Notes: generated from the sequence alone by a model not told the origin. A stretch of 57,067 bases of DNA from an uncultured Gammaproteobacteria bacterium (GCA_913050095.1 CAJXAV010000005.1:1-57067); one strand, 5' to 3'. Numbered from the stretch's first letter, positions 1 to 10,427 are shown. Program-made: numbers and translations.

Positions 1-1
1 T

Positions 2-532
2 TAATTCTTTCATGCATGATTTAAATTCTAAATCTATTTTTTTATCAGTTTGTATCACTTCTAGAGCTTGATCAACTGATTTTCTCGCGTAAGAATCAAT
101 AGAGTTATGCAAAATTGTTGAGGTGCTATTGCCAAGATGCTCCAATGTTTTTAGGAGTGCAGGATCAATATTTTCATAATTTAATTTTAAAGATAGTCTA
201 GCTATTTTTTCCGCCTCATCTCCAACTCTTTCAAGATCAGTAATGATTCTTAAAATTACTATGATTGTTCTTAAATCAGTTGCAACAGGAGTTTGAAGAG
301 CTAATATTGTGTTGCATTTTTCATCTATATCGATTTCTAACTTATTAACCAAAAAGTCGTTTGTTGCAACCTTTTGAGATAATGAGCTCTCGTTATTTAT
401 TAGCCCGCGTAATGCATCTACATATGATGATTCTACTACCCCAGACATCTCAAGAGTTTTAGATTGTATCTCATTCATAGCTTCATCATAAGATCGTGAG
501 ATATGCCCAGTATTTCCTTGATTTTCTTTCAT
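2..532 (-). CDS. phoU: Phosphate signalling/transport regulator PhoU (3' end runs off the window)
   Basis: Not in the ORF track. Translated by hand from ATG at 532: MKENQGNTGHISRSYDEAM...KLEIDIDEKCNTILALQTPVATDLRTIIVILRIITDLERVGDEAEKIAR, containing the PhoU QxPVAxDLR and DLERxGD motifs. Adjacent to pstC. Confidence 0.93.
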   Translation of the reverse strand, partial: MKENQGNTGHISRSYDEAMNEIQSKTLEMSGVVESSYVDALRGLINNESSLSQKVATNDFLVNKLEIDIDEKCNTILALQTPVATDLRTIIVILRIITDLERVGDEAEKIARLSLKLNYENIDPALLKTLEHLGNSTSTILHNSIDSYARKSVDQALEVIQTDKKIDLEFKSCMKEL

Positions 533-557
533 CTCATTTTTTAATAATTAATTATTT

Positions 558-575
558 GTGTAATAAAACTGTAAC
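558..575 (+). promoter_or_regulatory. Pho box (PhoB site) between phoU and pstC
   Basis: GTGTAAT-AAAA-CTGTAAC versus the E. coli consensus CTGTCAT-AWAW-CTGTMAY (5/7 and 7/7 matches, 11-bp period), upstream of pstCAB. Confidence 0.7.
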
Positions 576-680
576 AAAATCATGTTTTAATCATTGTTAT
601 GATTTTTTAAATTATTTTTCATACTACTTTGTAAAAGAAAAAAAATCAAATAATACAAAAATTTAAGACAATTTTTTATA

Positions 681-1901
681 ATGAGCATCACATCAATATT
701 GTTAATTATAGGTTTATTTAGTATTTCCGGTTATTATGCCGGTCTTAAAAAATCTTTAGTTTTGAGAGAAAATAAAAAATTTCATTCTGCGCCAATATAT
801 CATGGTGCTTTACTAGCAATAAACTCATCTTTATCTTCGATTTTTTTTATAATTTCCTGGCTAATAATTGAAAAAAATTTTTATACAGACTTAGAGTCTT
901 TTAGAAACATACTTTATATAATTTCAATTATTATTTTTCTAACCGTGTCGCTATTAACTTTCAAGAAAATAAAGCATGATTTTCAAGCGAGGGATAATTT
1001 AGAAAAAATTATTCAATATTTTCTTCTTGTTTGTTCATTATTGGCGATATTAGTCACCATTGGTATTTTTCTTTCAGTCATTTTTGAATCAAACAAGTTC
1101 TTTGGTGTTATATCAATAACAGAATTTTTATTTGGCACGCACTGGAGCCCTCAAATGCCAATAAGAGAAGACCAAGCTGGTTCCTCTGGCGCTTTTGGAG
1201 CTGTTCCTTTATTCGCGGGAACTTTTCTAATTGCTTTTATTTCGATGTGTATAGCTGGTCCTATTGGATTAATGTCTGCCATATATTTATCTGAATATGC
1301 TTCTAAAAAAACCAGATCCATTGTAAAGCCTTTAACTGAAATTCTTGCAGGGATCCCGACTGTTGTTTATGGTTTCTTTGCTGTTGTTGTTGTTGCGCCG
1401 TTTATTAGGAATACAGGATCAAATTTTGGTATTGAGATAGCGTCTGAGAGTGCTCTTGCAGCAGGCTTGGTTATGGGAATAATGATTATCCCCTTTGTTT
1501 CCTCTATATCGGATGATGTTATAAACTCTGTACCGCAAAATTTAAAAAATGGTTCTCTTGGAGTTGGTGCCACTAAATCAGAAACAATAAAAAAAGTTAT
1601 TATTCCCGCTGCTCTTCCTGGAATAATAGGAGGTTTACTTTTAGCGGTATCAAGAGCAATTGGTGAAACCATGATTGTTGTGATGGCTGCTGGGATGTCG
1701 GCAAATTTGACAGCTAATCCGTTTGAAGCAGTCACAACTGTAACAGTTCAAATAGTTGTTTTACTAGTTGGCGATCAAGAATTTGATAGTCCAAAAACAT
1801 TAGCAGCTTTCGCACTTGGATTAGTACTTTTTATTATTACATTAATACTTAACTATATAGCTCTTCACGTAGTTAGAAAATATAGAGAACAGTATGAATA
1901 A
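681..1901 (+). CDS. pstC: Phosphate ABC transporter permease PstC
   Basis: Motifs AIYLSEYA, EILAGIPTVVYGFFA, SRAIGETMIV; first of permease-permease-ATPase. Confidence 0.95.
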   Translation: MSITSILLIIGLFSISGYYAGLKKSLVLRENKKFHSAPIYHGALLAINSSLSSIFFIISWLIIEKNFYTDLESFRNILYIISIIIFLTVSLLTFKKIKHDFQARDNLEKIIQYFLLVCSLLAILVTIGIFLSVIFESNKFFGVISITEFLFGTHWSPQMPIREDQAGSSGAFGAVPLFAGTFLIAFISMCIAGPIGLMSAIYLSEYASKKTRSIVKPLTEILAGIPTVVYGFFAVVVVAPFIRNTGSNFGIEIASESALAAGLVMGIMIIPFVSSISDDVINSVPQNLKNGSLGVGATKSETIKKVIIPAALPGIIGGLLLAVSRAIGETMIVVMAAGMSANLTANPFEAVTTVTVQIVVLLVGDQEFDSPKTLAAFALGLVLFIITLILNYIALHVVRKYREQYE

Positions 1902-3153
1902 TTTGAAAGCAAGACTGGCAAAAGAAAGAAGATTCCGACTATATGGAATTTTATCTATTGCTTTAGCACTTACTCTTCTTTCAATACTATTTATAAGTAT
2001 TTTTTCTCAAGGTTACACAGCATTTCAAGAAACAAAAATACAGCTCGACATAAATTTTGAACAAAGTGTTTTAGATCCAAAAAAAACAAAGGATTGGGAT
2101 GTTGTTAAAAAAGCAAATTTCAATATATTAATCAAAAATTCAATAAATGAGTTATTCCCAGATGTGTCGGGTAGAAGCCAAAAAAGGAAACTTAAAAAGT
2201 TAATTAGTACATCTGGTGAATATCAATTAAGAAATTATATAAAAAATAATATAGAGGCAATTGGTACTACTAAAAAAATGTGGTTATTAGCTGATGATGA
2301 TGTCGATATGCTTATAAAGGGTCATATAAACAGATCACTTCCTGAGAATGAAAGAAGAATTGATAATGATGAATTAAAGTGGATTGAGGTTCTAGAAACA
2401 AAAAAAATAATTAAAAAATTTTTTAATAAAACCTTTTTCACAAGTGGTGATTCTGCTGAGTCAGAGCAATCTGGTATATTAGGTGCGTTATTGGGGTCAC
2501 TTTTTGCTCTCAGTATTACCTTAATTATATCTTTTCCAATTGGGATAGCGACAGCAATTTATTTAGAAGAATTCGCCCCAAAAAATAATAAATTTATTGA
2601 TTTTATTGAGGTTAATATAAATAATCTTGCTGCAGTTCCTTCAATAATATTTGGCTTATTAGGCTTAGCAATATTTTTAAACTTTTTTGAGTTGCCGAGA
2701 TCAGCGCCACTTGTTGGTGGCATGGTTCTTTCACTAATGACACTTCCTACTATTATAATTTCTAGTAGAGTATCAATGAAGGCTGTTCCGCCTTCGATCA
2801 AAGAAGGTGCTTTGGGTGTTGGTGCATCAGAAATTCAAGCTGTGTTTCATCATGTTGTTCCAGTAGCAATTCCTGGTATGTTAACTGGAACAATTATTGG
2901 CATGGCAAGAGCTTTAGGAGAAAGCGCTCCCCTATTAGTAATAGGTATGGTTGCTTTTATAGTTGATATACCTCAATCGGTGACTGATCCAGCCACAGCA
3001 TTACCTATTCAGATTTACCTATGGGCTGACACACCTGAAAGAGGTTTTGTAGAAAGAACCTCTGCAGCTATTATCGTTTTACTAATTTTTCTGATTTTAA
3101 TGAATAGTCTAGCTGTTTATTTAAGACAAAGATTTGAAAAAGATATTAACTGA
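1894..3153 (+). CDS. pstA: Phosphate ABC transporter permease PstA with long N-terminal soluble insert (DUF3333-like)
   Basis: Motifs AIYLEEFAP, NINNLAAVPSIIFGLLGL, ARALGESAPLL; overlaps pstC. Confidence 0.95.
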   Translation: MNNLKARLAKERRFRLYGILSIALALTLLSILFISIFSQGYTAFQETKIQLDINFEQSVLDPKKTKDWDVVKKANFNILIKNSINELFPDVSGRSQKRKLKKLISTSGEYQLRNYIKNNIEAIGTTKKMWLLADDDVDMLIKGHINRSLPENERRIDNDELKWIEVLETKKIIKKFFNKTFFTSGDSAESEQSGILGALLGSLFALSITLIISFPIGIATAIYLEEFAPKNNKFIDFIEVNINNLAAVPSIIFGLLGLAIFLNFFELPRSAPLVGGMVLSLMTLPTIIISSRVSMKAVPPSIKEGALGVGASEIQAVFHHVVPVAIPGMLTGTIIGMARALGESAPLLVIGMVAFIVDIPQSVTDPATALPIQIYLWADTPERGFVERTSAAIIVLLIFLILMNSLAVYLRQRFEKDIN

Positions 3154-3171
3154 TGGCATAGCAAATAAAAT

Positions 3172-4044
3172 ATGTATAATACAGACGTAATGAATGATAA
3201 TAAAAATATAATTGATAGCGACGACTTAATTAGCCAAACCCCTTCTAAACTGGATAATGCAAAAACAGTTGGAAATATTCACGTTGAAGATCCTCGAATA
3301 ATCGCTAAAAATATAAATGTATACTATGACAATAAAATTGCTATAAATAACGTAAGTATTGATATTGGTAAAAATGAAGTTCTCGCTATGATTGGTCCAT
3401 CGGGGTGTGGTAAGTCAACTTTTTTAAGATGCTTTAACAGAATGAATGATACGATTGAGAGTTGTATAGTTGAAGGTGAGTTATATTTAGATAATGAAAA
3501 TATCTTGGATAAAAAAACAGATGTCGTTCCACTTAGGGCAAAAGTAGGTATGGTTTTTCAAAAGCCTAACCCTTTCCCAAAATCTGTTTATGATAATGTT
3601 GCATATGGCCCAAAAATTCACGGGATGGCTAAAAATAAAATTGAATTAGATGAAATAGTTATAAAAAGTTTAGAAAAAGCTGGGCTTTATGAAGAAGTAA
3701 AAGATAGATTAGATACTCCTGGCACAAGTTTATCTGGAGGCCAACAACAACGTTTGTGCATCGCAAGAACAATTGCTGTTAACCCAGAAGTTATTCTTAT
3801 GGATGAACCTTGCTCAGCTCTTGACCCAATTGCAACTGCAAGAATTGAAGAGCTAATATACGAATTAAAAGAGAATTTTACAATTATTATTGTTACGCAT
3901 TCTATGCAACAAGCTGCTAGGGTTTCACAAAGGACCGCCTATTTTCATTTGGGTAGTCTAATCGAAGTAGGTTCTACTGATAAAATCTTCACAACACCAC
4001 AGCACAAATTGACAGAATCGTATATTACAGGAAGATTCGGCTAA
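3172..4044 (+). CDS. pstB: Phosphate ABC transporter ATPase PstB
   Basis: Walker [46 protein letters not shown]-terminal YITGRFG. The start may be the ATG at 3190. Confidence 0.97.
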   Translation: MYNTDVMNDNKNIIDSDDLISQTPSKLDNAKTVGNIHVEDPRIIAKNINVYYDNKIAINNVSIDIGKNEVLAMIGPSGCGKSTFLRCFNRMNDTIESCIVEGELYLDNENILDKKTDVVPLRAKVGMVFQKPNPFPKSVYDNVAYGPKIHGMAKNKIELDEIVIKSLEKAGLYEEVKDRLDTPGTSLSGGQQQRLCIARTIAVNPEVILMDEPCSALDPIATARIEELIYELKENFTIIIVTHSMQQAARVSQRTAYFHLGSLIEVGSTDKIFTTPQHKLTESYITGRFG

Positions 4045-4056
4045 ATTCGCAAAAAA

Positions 4057-5358
4057 TTATGTTTTTGGAAATACGCAAGTAAATTTACTACCTTCATTAA
4101 TAGCGCTTTCTATTTCTAATTTTCCATCGTGCCTATTTATTATATGTTTAACAATTGACAGGCCTAAGCCAGTTCCACCGTGTTCCCTGGAACGTCCCTT
4201 ATCAATTCTATAGAACCTCTCGGTTAATCTATCAACTGATTCTTCAGGAATACCTGCACCATAATCTTTAATATAAAATTCAACTTGATTTTCGTTTCTG
4301 GCAAGGTAATTTATTTCTATTTGAATATTTTTTCCAGAATAAGCAATAGCATTTGATAATAAATTTATTAACGCGCTATATATCTCTTCATATGATCCTT
4401 TAATAAAAATATCATTATCAGATAGTACAGTTACATTATTCTTATTTTTTAAAGCTTCTGGCTTACATGCTGTTTTAATTTCGTTCGCCATAGTTTTAAG
4501 ATTAATTTGAGAAAAATCCTTATCTGGTATATCTGTCGATTGAAGTTTAGTAAGTTTTAAAAGGTCACTTATAAGAATATCCATTCTTTTTGATTGCTTA
4601 AGCATTTCTGAAATTATATCATCATCAACATATCCATCATCAGAAAAACTCAATGTCTCAAGGTATCCAAATATTACAGTTAAAGGAGTTTTTAGCTCAT
4701 GAGAAACATTTGCGATAAAATCTCTTCTCATTTTATCAAGTTGATCAGATTCAGAAACATCTCTAAAAGTTAGGAGATTCCTGTCTTCGCCATAAGGAAC
4801 CATAAAACATTTTATTGTTAGGTCATACTTTAACGGTGAGATAAAATTGATAGATGATCCTACTTTATTTTTTTTTATAAATCCTGCAAATGATGGGTTT
4901 CTGATCATATGCGCTATTGGCTTGCCAATATCTATCTCTTTTAATGATAAAATTTTTACCGCAGCTTTGTTAAACCATTCTGTTTCAAAATTCTTATTCA
5001 CTACTACAATAGCATCAGGCATTGATTCACTTAATTCCTCAAATCTTTTTTCTAATGCTAATAATTTTTCCTGAACTATATTATGATTTTTAAAATCAGA
5101 ATTAACTTTTGATACAAGATTTTGATGTTTTTGATGGTATGTGCTTGATTTATTTATTTTAAAATTATAAAGCCATTTCTCAAAAATATAATTTGTATAA
5201 AGAATATATATTATAAAAATACTTAACGAGAAAATCAGACTGTATAAAAATTGATTAAATAAATGACCGATTACTAGTCCGGCTACTATCAATAATATTA
5301 ATTTTATTAGATCACTTGTAACCGAATAATTTTTAAGTTTATTATCCTGATCATTCAT
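4057..5358 (-). CDS. phoR: Phosphate regulon sensor histidine kinase PhoR
   Basis: PAS region, RRDFIANVSHELKTPLTVI H-box, ERFYRIDKGRSR..GGTGLGLSIVKH; downstream of phoB. Confidence 0.93.
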   Translation of the reverse strand: MNDQDNKLKNYSVTSDLIKLILLIVAGLVIGHLFNQFLYSLIFSLSIFIIYILYTNYIFEKWLYNFKINKSSTYHQKHQNLVSKVNSDFKNHNIVQEKLLALEKRFEELSESMPDAIVVVNKNFETEWFNKAAVKILSLKEIDIGKPIAHMIRNPSFAGFIKKNKVGSSINFISPLKYDLTIKCFMVPYGEDRNLLTFRDVSESDQLDKMRRDFIANVSHELKTPLTVIFGYLETLSFSDDGYVDDDIISEMLKQSKRMDILISDLLKLTKLQSTDIPDKDFSQINLKTMANEIKTACKPEALKNKNNVTVLSDNDIFIKGSYEEIYSALINLLSNAIAYSGKNIQIEINYLARNENQVEFYIKDYGAGIPEESVDRLTERFYRIDKGRSREHGGTGLGLSIVKHIINRHDGKLEIESAINEGSKFTCVFPKT

Positions 5359-5400
5359 AAATTCATTATATATTAAGTAAAGAAATAATATGTATTTTTT

Positions 5401-6081
5401 TTAATTAGACATCCTGTACCCAGCACCTCTAACAGTTTGAATACACTTAGAAGAATTAGAAACAAATGATTTTCTTAGTCTCAAGATATGAACATCTACT
5501 GTCCTTTCTTCAACATATATATTCCTACCCCAAACTAAATCTAGGAGTTGAGATCTACTAAATACTCTTTCTGGATGAGTCATAAAAAAATGCAGCAACT
5601 TAAATTCTGTTGGCCCTAATTCTACATTGCTATCTCCATCTGTAACTTTATGGGTCATTGGATTTAATGTGATATTTCCATATTTGACGACTTCCATATC
5701 CTTTTGAGGCGCCGTCCTTCTTAACAAGGCTTTAATTCTTGCTACAAGTTCTTTTGGAGAAAATGGCTTGGTAACATAATCGTCTGCGCCAGATTCTAGG
5801 CCTAACACTTTATCAGACTCGTCTGATTTTGCTGTTAACATAATTATTGGTATATCTTTTATTTCGCTAGATGATCTTATAAGTCTAGATATTTCAATTC
5901 CTTGTTTGCCTGGCAACATCCAATCCAAAAGAATTAAATTAATTTCATTTTCCTTAAGTGCGTCTAAAGCAGAATTACTGTCCTCAGCTTCTAAAATCTC
6001 AAAACCATTATTTTTTAAATTAAAACAAAGCATCTCTCTTACTGCTTTCTCATCCTCAATTATTAGAATTTTTGCTGCCAT
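5401..6081 (-). CDS. phoB: Phosphate regulon response regulator PhoB
   Basis: LLDWMLPG, GADDYVTKPFSPKEL, LGPTEFKLLHFFMTHPERVFSR, ERTVDVHILRLRK. Confidence 0.96.
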   Translation of the reverse strand: MAAKILIIEDEKAVREMLCFNLKNNGFEILEAEDSNSALDALKENEINLILLDWMLPGKQGIEISRLIRSSSEIKDIPIIMLTAKSDESDKVLGLESGADDYVTKPFSPKELVARIKALLRRTAPQKDMEVVKYGNITLNPMTHKVTDGDSNVELGPTEFKLLHFFMTHPERVFSRSQLLDLVWGRNIYVEERTVDVHILRLRKSFVSNSSKCIQTVRGAGYRMSN

Positions 6082-6185
6082 TATATTTATAGCCTTTTTT
6101 TTCAGTCTGCTTTAATATCATATTAAAACATATATATTAAGAAAATATTAAAATATTAAAGAAATATTAAATATAGGGGGCTTAT

Positions 6186-7550
6186 ATGGAATCATTATCA
6201 AATATATTTTCTACGCTTGGAGGAATAGCATGGGGCCCTTACATGCTCGCTTTTATTGCTTTTACCGGACTATATTTAACAATTGGCTTGAAATTTATGC
6301 CGATTATGAAAATTTCTTATGGCCTAAAACTCCTTAAAGCAAAACCAGATGATAAAGAGAAAGGAGAAATTCCTGCGCGTTCTGCTTTGTTTACTGCTAT
6401 GTCAGCTACTGTTGGCACAGGTAATATTGCAGGTGTTGCAACAGCTATAGCGCTAGGTGGCCCAGGTGCTATATTTTGGATGTGGGTAATGGGCTTTGTT
6501 GGAATGGCGACAAAATATGGAGAGGCAGTATTGGCGGTCAAGTATAGAGAAACAGATTCAAATGGTTCTTATGTTGGTGGCCCAATGTATTATATAAAAA
6601 ACGGGCTTGGCGAAAAATGGAAATGGCTTGGTTTTTTATTTGCATTATTTGGAACTATTGCTGCTTTTGGAATTGGCAATATGGTGCAATCAAACACAGT
6701 TGCAAATCAATTGCAAAATACTTTAAATGTTGAACCGCTTGTAACTGGGATAATTATAGCTTTTATAGCCGGCTTAGTAATTATTGGGGGTGTTAAAAGA
6801 ATAAGCGCATTTGCTACTACTCTTGTTCCTTTGATGGCGCTGCTATATATAATATCAGCATTAATAATAGTCTTAATGAACTTTAATCAAGTTCCAGCAG
6901 CATTTGGAATTATTATTGATAGTGCATTTAATGGGACAGCTGCAACTGGCGGATTTGCAGGAGCGACAGTTTTAATGGCAATAAGATTTGGAATCGCGCG
7001 AGGTGTTTTTTCAAATGAGGCGGGATTAGGTAGCGCGCCAATTGCTCATGCTGCAGCCAAAACAAATAGCCCAGTTAAGCAAGGTACAATTGCAATGTTA
7101 GGGACATTTTTCGATACAATTATTATCTGCTCTCTTACAGCTTTAGTTATTGTAATCAGTGGTGCATGGCAAAGTGGAGATAACGGTGCAGTACTGACTT
7201 CAAATGCATTTGTTTTTGGTTTGTCATCTATAGGCGAATCAATTATAACAATTTCGCTAATATTATTTGCCTTTACTACAATAATTGGTTGGAGCTACTA
7301 CGGAGAAAGGTGTTCAGCCTATATATTTGGCACAAAAGCAATTATGCCTTACAGAATATTATGGCTTCTTTCAATAGTTCTTGGAGCGTATGCGTTAAAT
7401 TTAGGAGGAACAACTGCAGAAAGCGTTAACCTAATTTGGCTAATAGCAGACGTAATGAACGGCTTTATGGCTATACCAAATTTAATAGCATTGGTATTAT
7501 TAAGTCCTGTAATATTTAAGTTATCTAAAGAATATTTTACAAGGAAATAA
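6186..7550 (+). CDS. Alanine/glycine:cation symporter (AgcS/AlsT family)
   Basis: ATVGTGNIAGVATAIALGGPGAIFWMW, GGPMYYI, RGVFSNEAGLGSAPIAHA. Confidence 0.93.
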   Translation: MESLSNIFSTLGGIAWGPYMLAFIAFTGLYLTIGLKFMPIMKISYGLKLLKAKPDDKEKGEIPARSALFTAMSATVGTGNIAGVATAIALGGPGAIFWMWVMGFVGMATKYGEAVLAVKYRETDSNGSYVGGPMYYIKNGLGEKWKWLGFLFALFGTIAAFGIGNMVQSNTVANQLQNTLNVEPLVTGIIIAFIAGLVIIGGVKRISAFATTLVPLMALLYIISALIIVLMNFNQVPAAFGIIIDSAFNGTAATGGFAGATVLMAIRFGIARGVFSNEAGLGSAPIAHAAAKTNSPVKQGTIAMLGTFFDTIIICSLTALVIVISGAWQSGDNGAVLTSNAFVFGLSSIGESIITISLILFAFTTIIGWSYYGERCSAYIFGTKAIMPYRILWLLSIVLGAYALNLGGTTAESVNLIWLIADVMNGFMAIPNLIALVLLSPVIFKLSKEYFTRK

Positions 7551-7554
7551 TTTA

Positions 7555-8418
7555 GTGAATAAAAAAAATTTAGCAAAGATTGCAATGAAAGATGTTGCAA
7601 TTGCAATCTCTGAAGATCTTGGAACTGGAGATATAACTACTAGCCTACTAGGAAAAGATAAAAATAAACTATCAATAGCTTTTGTAAAATCAAATGAAGA
7701 CGCAATACTTTGTGGAAAGATATGGTTCAATAGCACATTTAAATATATTCAAAAAAAATATGGGGGGACATTAAAAATAACATGGCTAAAAAATGATGGC
7801 GACAAAATAAAGAAAGGAGAAAAAATATGTCGAATAGAAGCACCTTTAAGAACTTTATTAATATCTGAAAGAGTAGCGCTCAATTTTATACAATTTTTAA
7901 GTGGAATATCATCTAAGACAAAACTCTACTCTGAAAAGATAAAAAATAGAAAGGTAAAATTACTAGATACGAGGAAAACAATTCCAGGATTACGAGTATC
8001 ACAAAAATATGCTGTTACATGTGGTAATGGGTTTAACCATAGGCACGGACTTTATGACCAAATATTAATAAAAGAAAATCATATAACTAATAAATCTCAA
8101 CCATATGAAGATTTTCTTAAAAAAATCAATAAGAATACTTCTTTTAGAAAAGTTTCAATAGAAGTTGAAACTCTTAAAGATTTACGAATCCTTGTAAATT
8201 ATAAACCTAAAAATATCTTGCTAGATAATTTCAGTTTACCAAACATCAAAAAAGCCACTAAAATAATTAACAAAAGAATTACATCAATTGAAGTATCTGG
8301 AAATATAAGTCTTAAAAATATTGAAAAATATTCACATCTTAATATTGATTTCATATCTATTGGTGATTTAACTAAAAATATTGAATCTATTGATTTTTCA
8401 ATGCTTATAGAAAAATAA
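7555..8418 (+). CDS. nadC: Nicotinate-nucleotide pyrophosphorylase (quinolinate phosphoribosyltransferase)
   Basis: EDLGTGDIT, ERVALNF, DTRKTIPGLR, NHRHGLYD, IKENH, LLDNF, EVSGNI. Confidence 0.95.
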   Translation: MNKKNLAKIAMKDVAIAISEDLGTGDITTSLLGKDKNKLSIAFVKSNEDAILCGKIWFNSTFKYIQKKYGGTLKITWLKNDGDKIKKGEKICRIEAPLRTLLISERVALNFIQFLSGISSKTKLYSEKIKNRKVKLLDTRKTIPGLRVSQKYAVTCGNGFNHRHGLYDQILIKENHITNKSQPYEDFLKKINKNTSFRKVSIEVETLKDLRILVNYKPKNILLDNFSLPNIKKATKIINKRITSIEVSGNISLKNIEKYSHLNIDFISIGDLTKNIESIDFSMLIEK

Positions 8419-8445
8419 AACTAATATATCCAAGCCTTTGCATGC

Positions 8446-8473
8446 TTGACATTTTTTTTATCACCTTTAAAAT
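8446..8473 (+). promoter_or_regulatory. Sigma70-type promoter for the TonB receptor gene
   Basis: TTGACA (8446-8451), 16-bp spacer, TAAAAT (8468-8473). Confidence 0.6.
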
Positions 8474-8545
8474 TAAACTCTGCTGGAACAAGTACAAAAA
8501 GAGTTGTACTAACGTAGGCATTAATAATTTTTAGGTAAATTTATT

Positions 8546-10420
8546 ATGATACGTTTTAGTTCAATTTTAACCATCTATTTATTTTCAAATATTGCATTTG
8601 CATATAGCGATGAAGTCCCATTAATTTATATTTCACCTAACCCTAGTAATATTTTACTAGATAACTACTCTGGCAACGTAGAAACTATAAAATTAAGTAA
8701 AAAAAATATAAATTTTTCGCTATCAGATATTTTAAAAAATAAAACTAGTTTGTCGCTAAGTCAATCAGGAGGAATTGCGAGCCAAAATCAGTTAAGAATT
8801 AGAGGTGGTGAAGCAAACCATGTGCTAGTTTTGATTGATGGTATAGAAGTAAATGATGCAGCATCAGGATCCGAATATGATTTTTCACATTTATTTTTAT
8901 TCAATATTAGCGAAATTGAAATTCTAAGAGGTGCTTACAGTAATGTTCATGGTACTGATGCAATGAATGGTGTCATAAATATTAAAACTATAAATTCAAA
9001 TGCAGCTAATTTAACCACAGGAAGTAATAATACAAGTATTAAAAATTATTCAATAAAAGGTGAAAATAAAGTTTTTCAATATGGAGTAGATCTTAATTTA
9101 CTTGAATCTAGTGGAGTTGATACAAGTGGTTCATCAGGTGACAGGAATAGATATGAAAATGATAATATTAAGTTAAATATAAAATCAATAAATCATAATT
9201 TTACAATTCTCTATTTTGATATTTACAGACAAAATGATAGGGATGCATTTGGGAACGTCTCTGATAACCAAAAAGCTACAACTGATATAAATCAGATATA
9301 CTCTAAATATGAATATAGTAAAATGCTTTCAAAAAATATTTATTCAAAACAGGGTTTGCAATATTCTATAAATAAGAATTTAGACTCAAGTCCAAGTAAT
9401 GGGAAGTGGGAGTCAATTACACAGTCCGAAAAATTTAAAATTTTTTCTAACACGTCTATAAGTCTCAAGAATATATTAAAATCAACATATACCCCAACTG
9501 TAAGTTTTGGCTTTGAATATGAGAAAATAAATTTTACTCAGTTGATAGAAGACGATACTTATGGAGATGGAAATCAAATGCAAAAAGAATACAGCGGTTC
9601 CTTTAGTGCAGAACTAATATATCCTATTAATAATTTTCAATTTGATTTATCAGCTAGAAGAACTATAAATCAAAAATTTTCTAATAACAATACACATAGA
9701 GCTGGAATAACTTATATATTAGATAATGGTAAAGTTTTTTTTAATCATTCTACAGCTTTTAAAAATCCAACTTTTACTGAGAGATACGGTTATTATGCTG
9801 GTACATTTAATGGTAACGAAGATCTTAAACCTGAAAGCACTCGTCAATATGAGCTAGGTTATTCGTACAATATTTTTGACAATAATATAAATATTAGTCA
9901 GACATATTATAATATGAAGCTTAAAAACGAGATAAATGGTTTTGTAAGCGATGAAAATGGAAGTTATACAGCTAAGAATATGGGGAATAGGAGTCATAGG
10001 AGAGGACTAGAAACGAAAATTAATTATGATATAAACAAAACGACTAATTTATCTATATCACACGATTACGTTGACTCAACACAATTTAATGCAACTAATA
10101 GCACTCAAGAACAAGAAGTTAGAAGACCAAAAAATATAATAAATATTAATTATAATAAAATAATTAATAACAACATAAACATAAATACAAATTTATTTTA
10201 TTCATCAAAAATTAAAGATACAGATTTTAGCTCATATCCTTCAGTAACAAAACATCTTAGTGATTATTATTTACTTAATACTACAATAAATTTTGATTTA
10301 GATAATACCAATAAAGTATCAGTTATATTCAAAAATATATTTAATCGCGACTATGAAGAAGTTTATGGGTACCATTCACCTGGTTTTGAGATGTTGTTAA
10401 ATTACAAAAGAAGTTTTTAA
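8546..10420 (+). CDS. TonB-dependent outer-membrane receptor, BtuB-like (substrate uncertain, possibly cobalamin)
   Basis: Signal peptide, plug motifs RIRGGEANHVLVLIDG and IEILRGA..GVINI, LKPE motif, KNIFNRDY and C-terminal Phe. Confidence 0.85.
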   Translation: MIRFSSILTIYLFSNIAFAYSDEVPLIYISPNPSNILLDNYSGNVETIKLSKKNINFSLSDILKNKTSLSLSQSGGIASQNQLRIRGGEANHVLVLIDGIEVNDAASGSEYDFSHLFLFNISEIEILRGAYSNVHGTDAMNGVINIKTINSNAANLTTGSNNTSIKNYSIKGENKVFQYGVDLNLLESSGVDTSGSSGDRNRYENDNIKLNIKSINHNFTILYFDIYRQNDRDAFGNVSDNQKATTDINQIYSKYEYSKMLSKNIYSKQGLQYSINKNLDSSPSNGKWESITQSEKFKIFSNTSISLKNILKSTYTPTVSFGFEYEKINFTQLIEDDTYGDGNQMQKEYSGSFSAELIYPINNFQFDLSARRTINQKFSNNNTHRAGITYILDNGKVFFNHSTAFKNPTFTERYGYYAGTFNGNEDLKPESTRQYELGYSYNIFDNNINISQTYYNMKLKNEINGFVSDENGSYTAKNMGNRSHRRGLETKINYDINKTTNLSISHDYVDSTQFNATNSTQEQEVRRPKNIININYNKIINNNININTNLFYSSKIKDTDFSSYPSVTKHLSDYYLLNTTINFDLDNTNKVSVIFKNIFNRDYEEVYGYHSPGFEMLLNYKRSF

Positions 10421-10427
10421 TTGAATT

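Noticed and set aside
6082-6185. Glycine riboswitch upstream of the AgcS symporter
   Set aside because: The spacer is about 100 bp, almost all A/T, with no GGAGA or CTCTCAGG aptamer motifs.
10125-10200. Asn/Ile-rich low-complexity stretch in the TonB receptor
   Set aside because: Consistent with alternating beta-barrel strands under AT codon bias; not a true tandem repeat.
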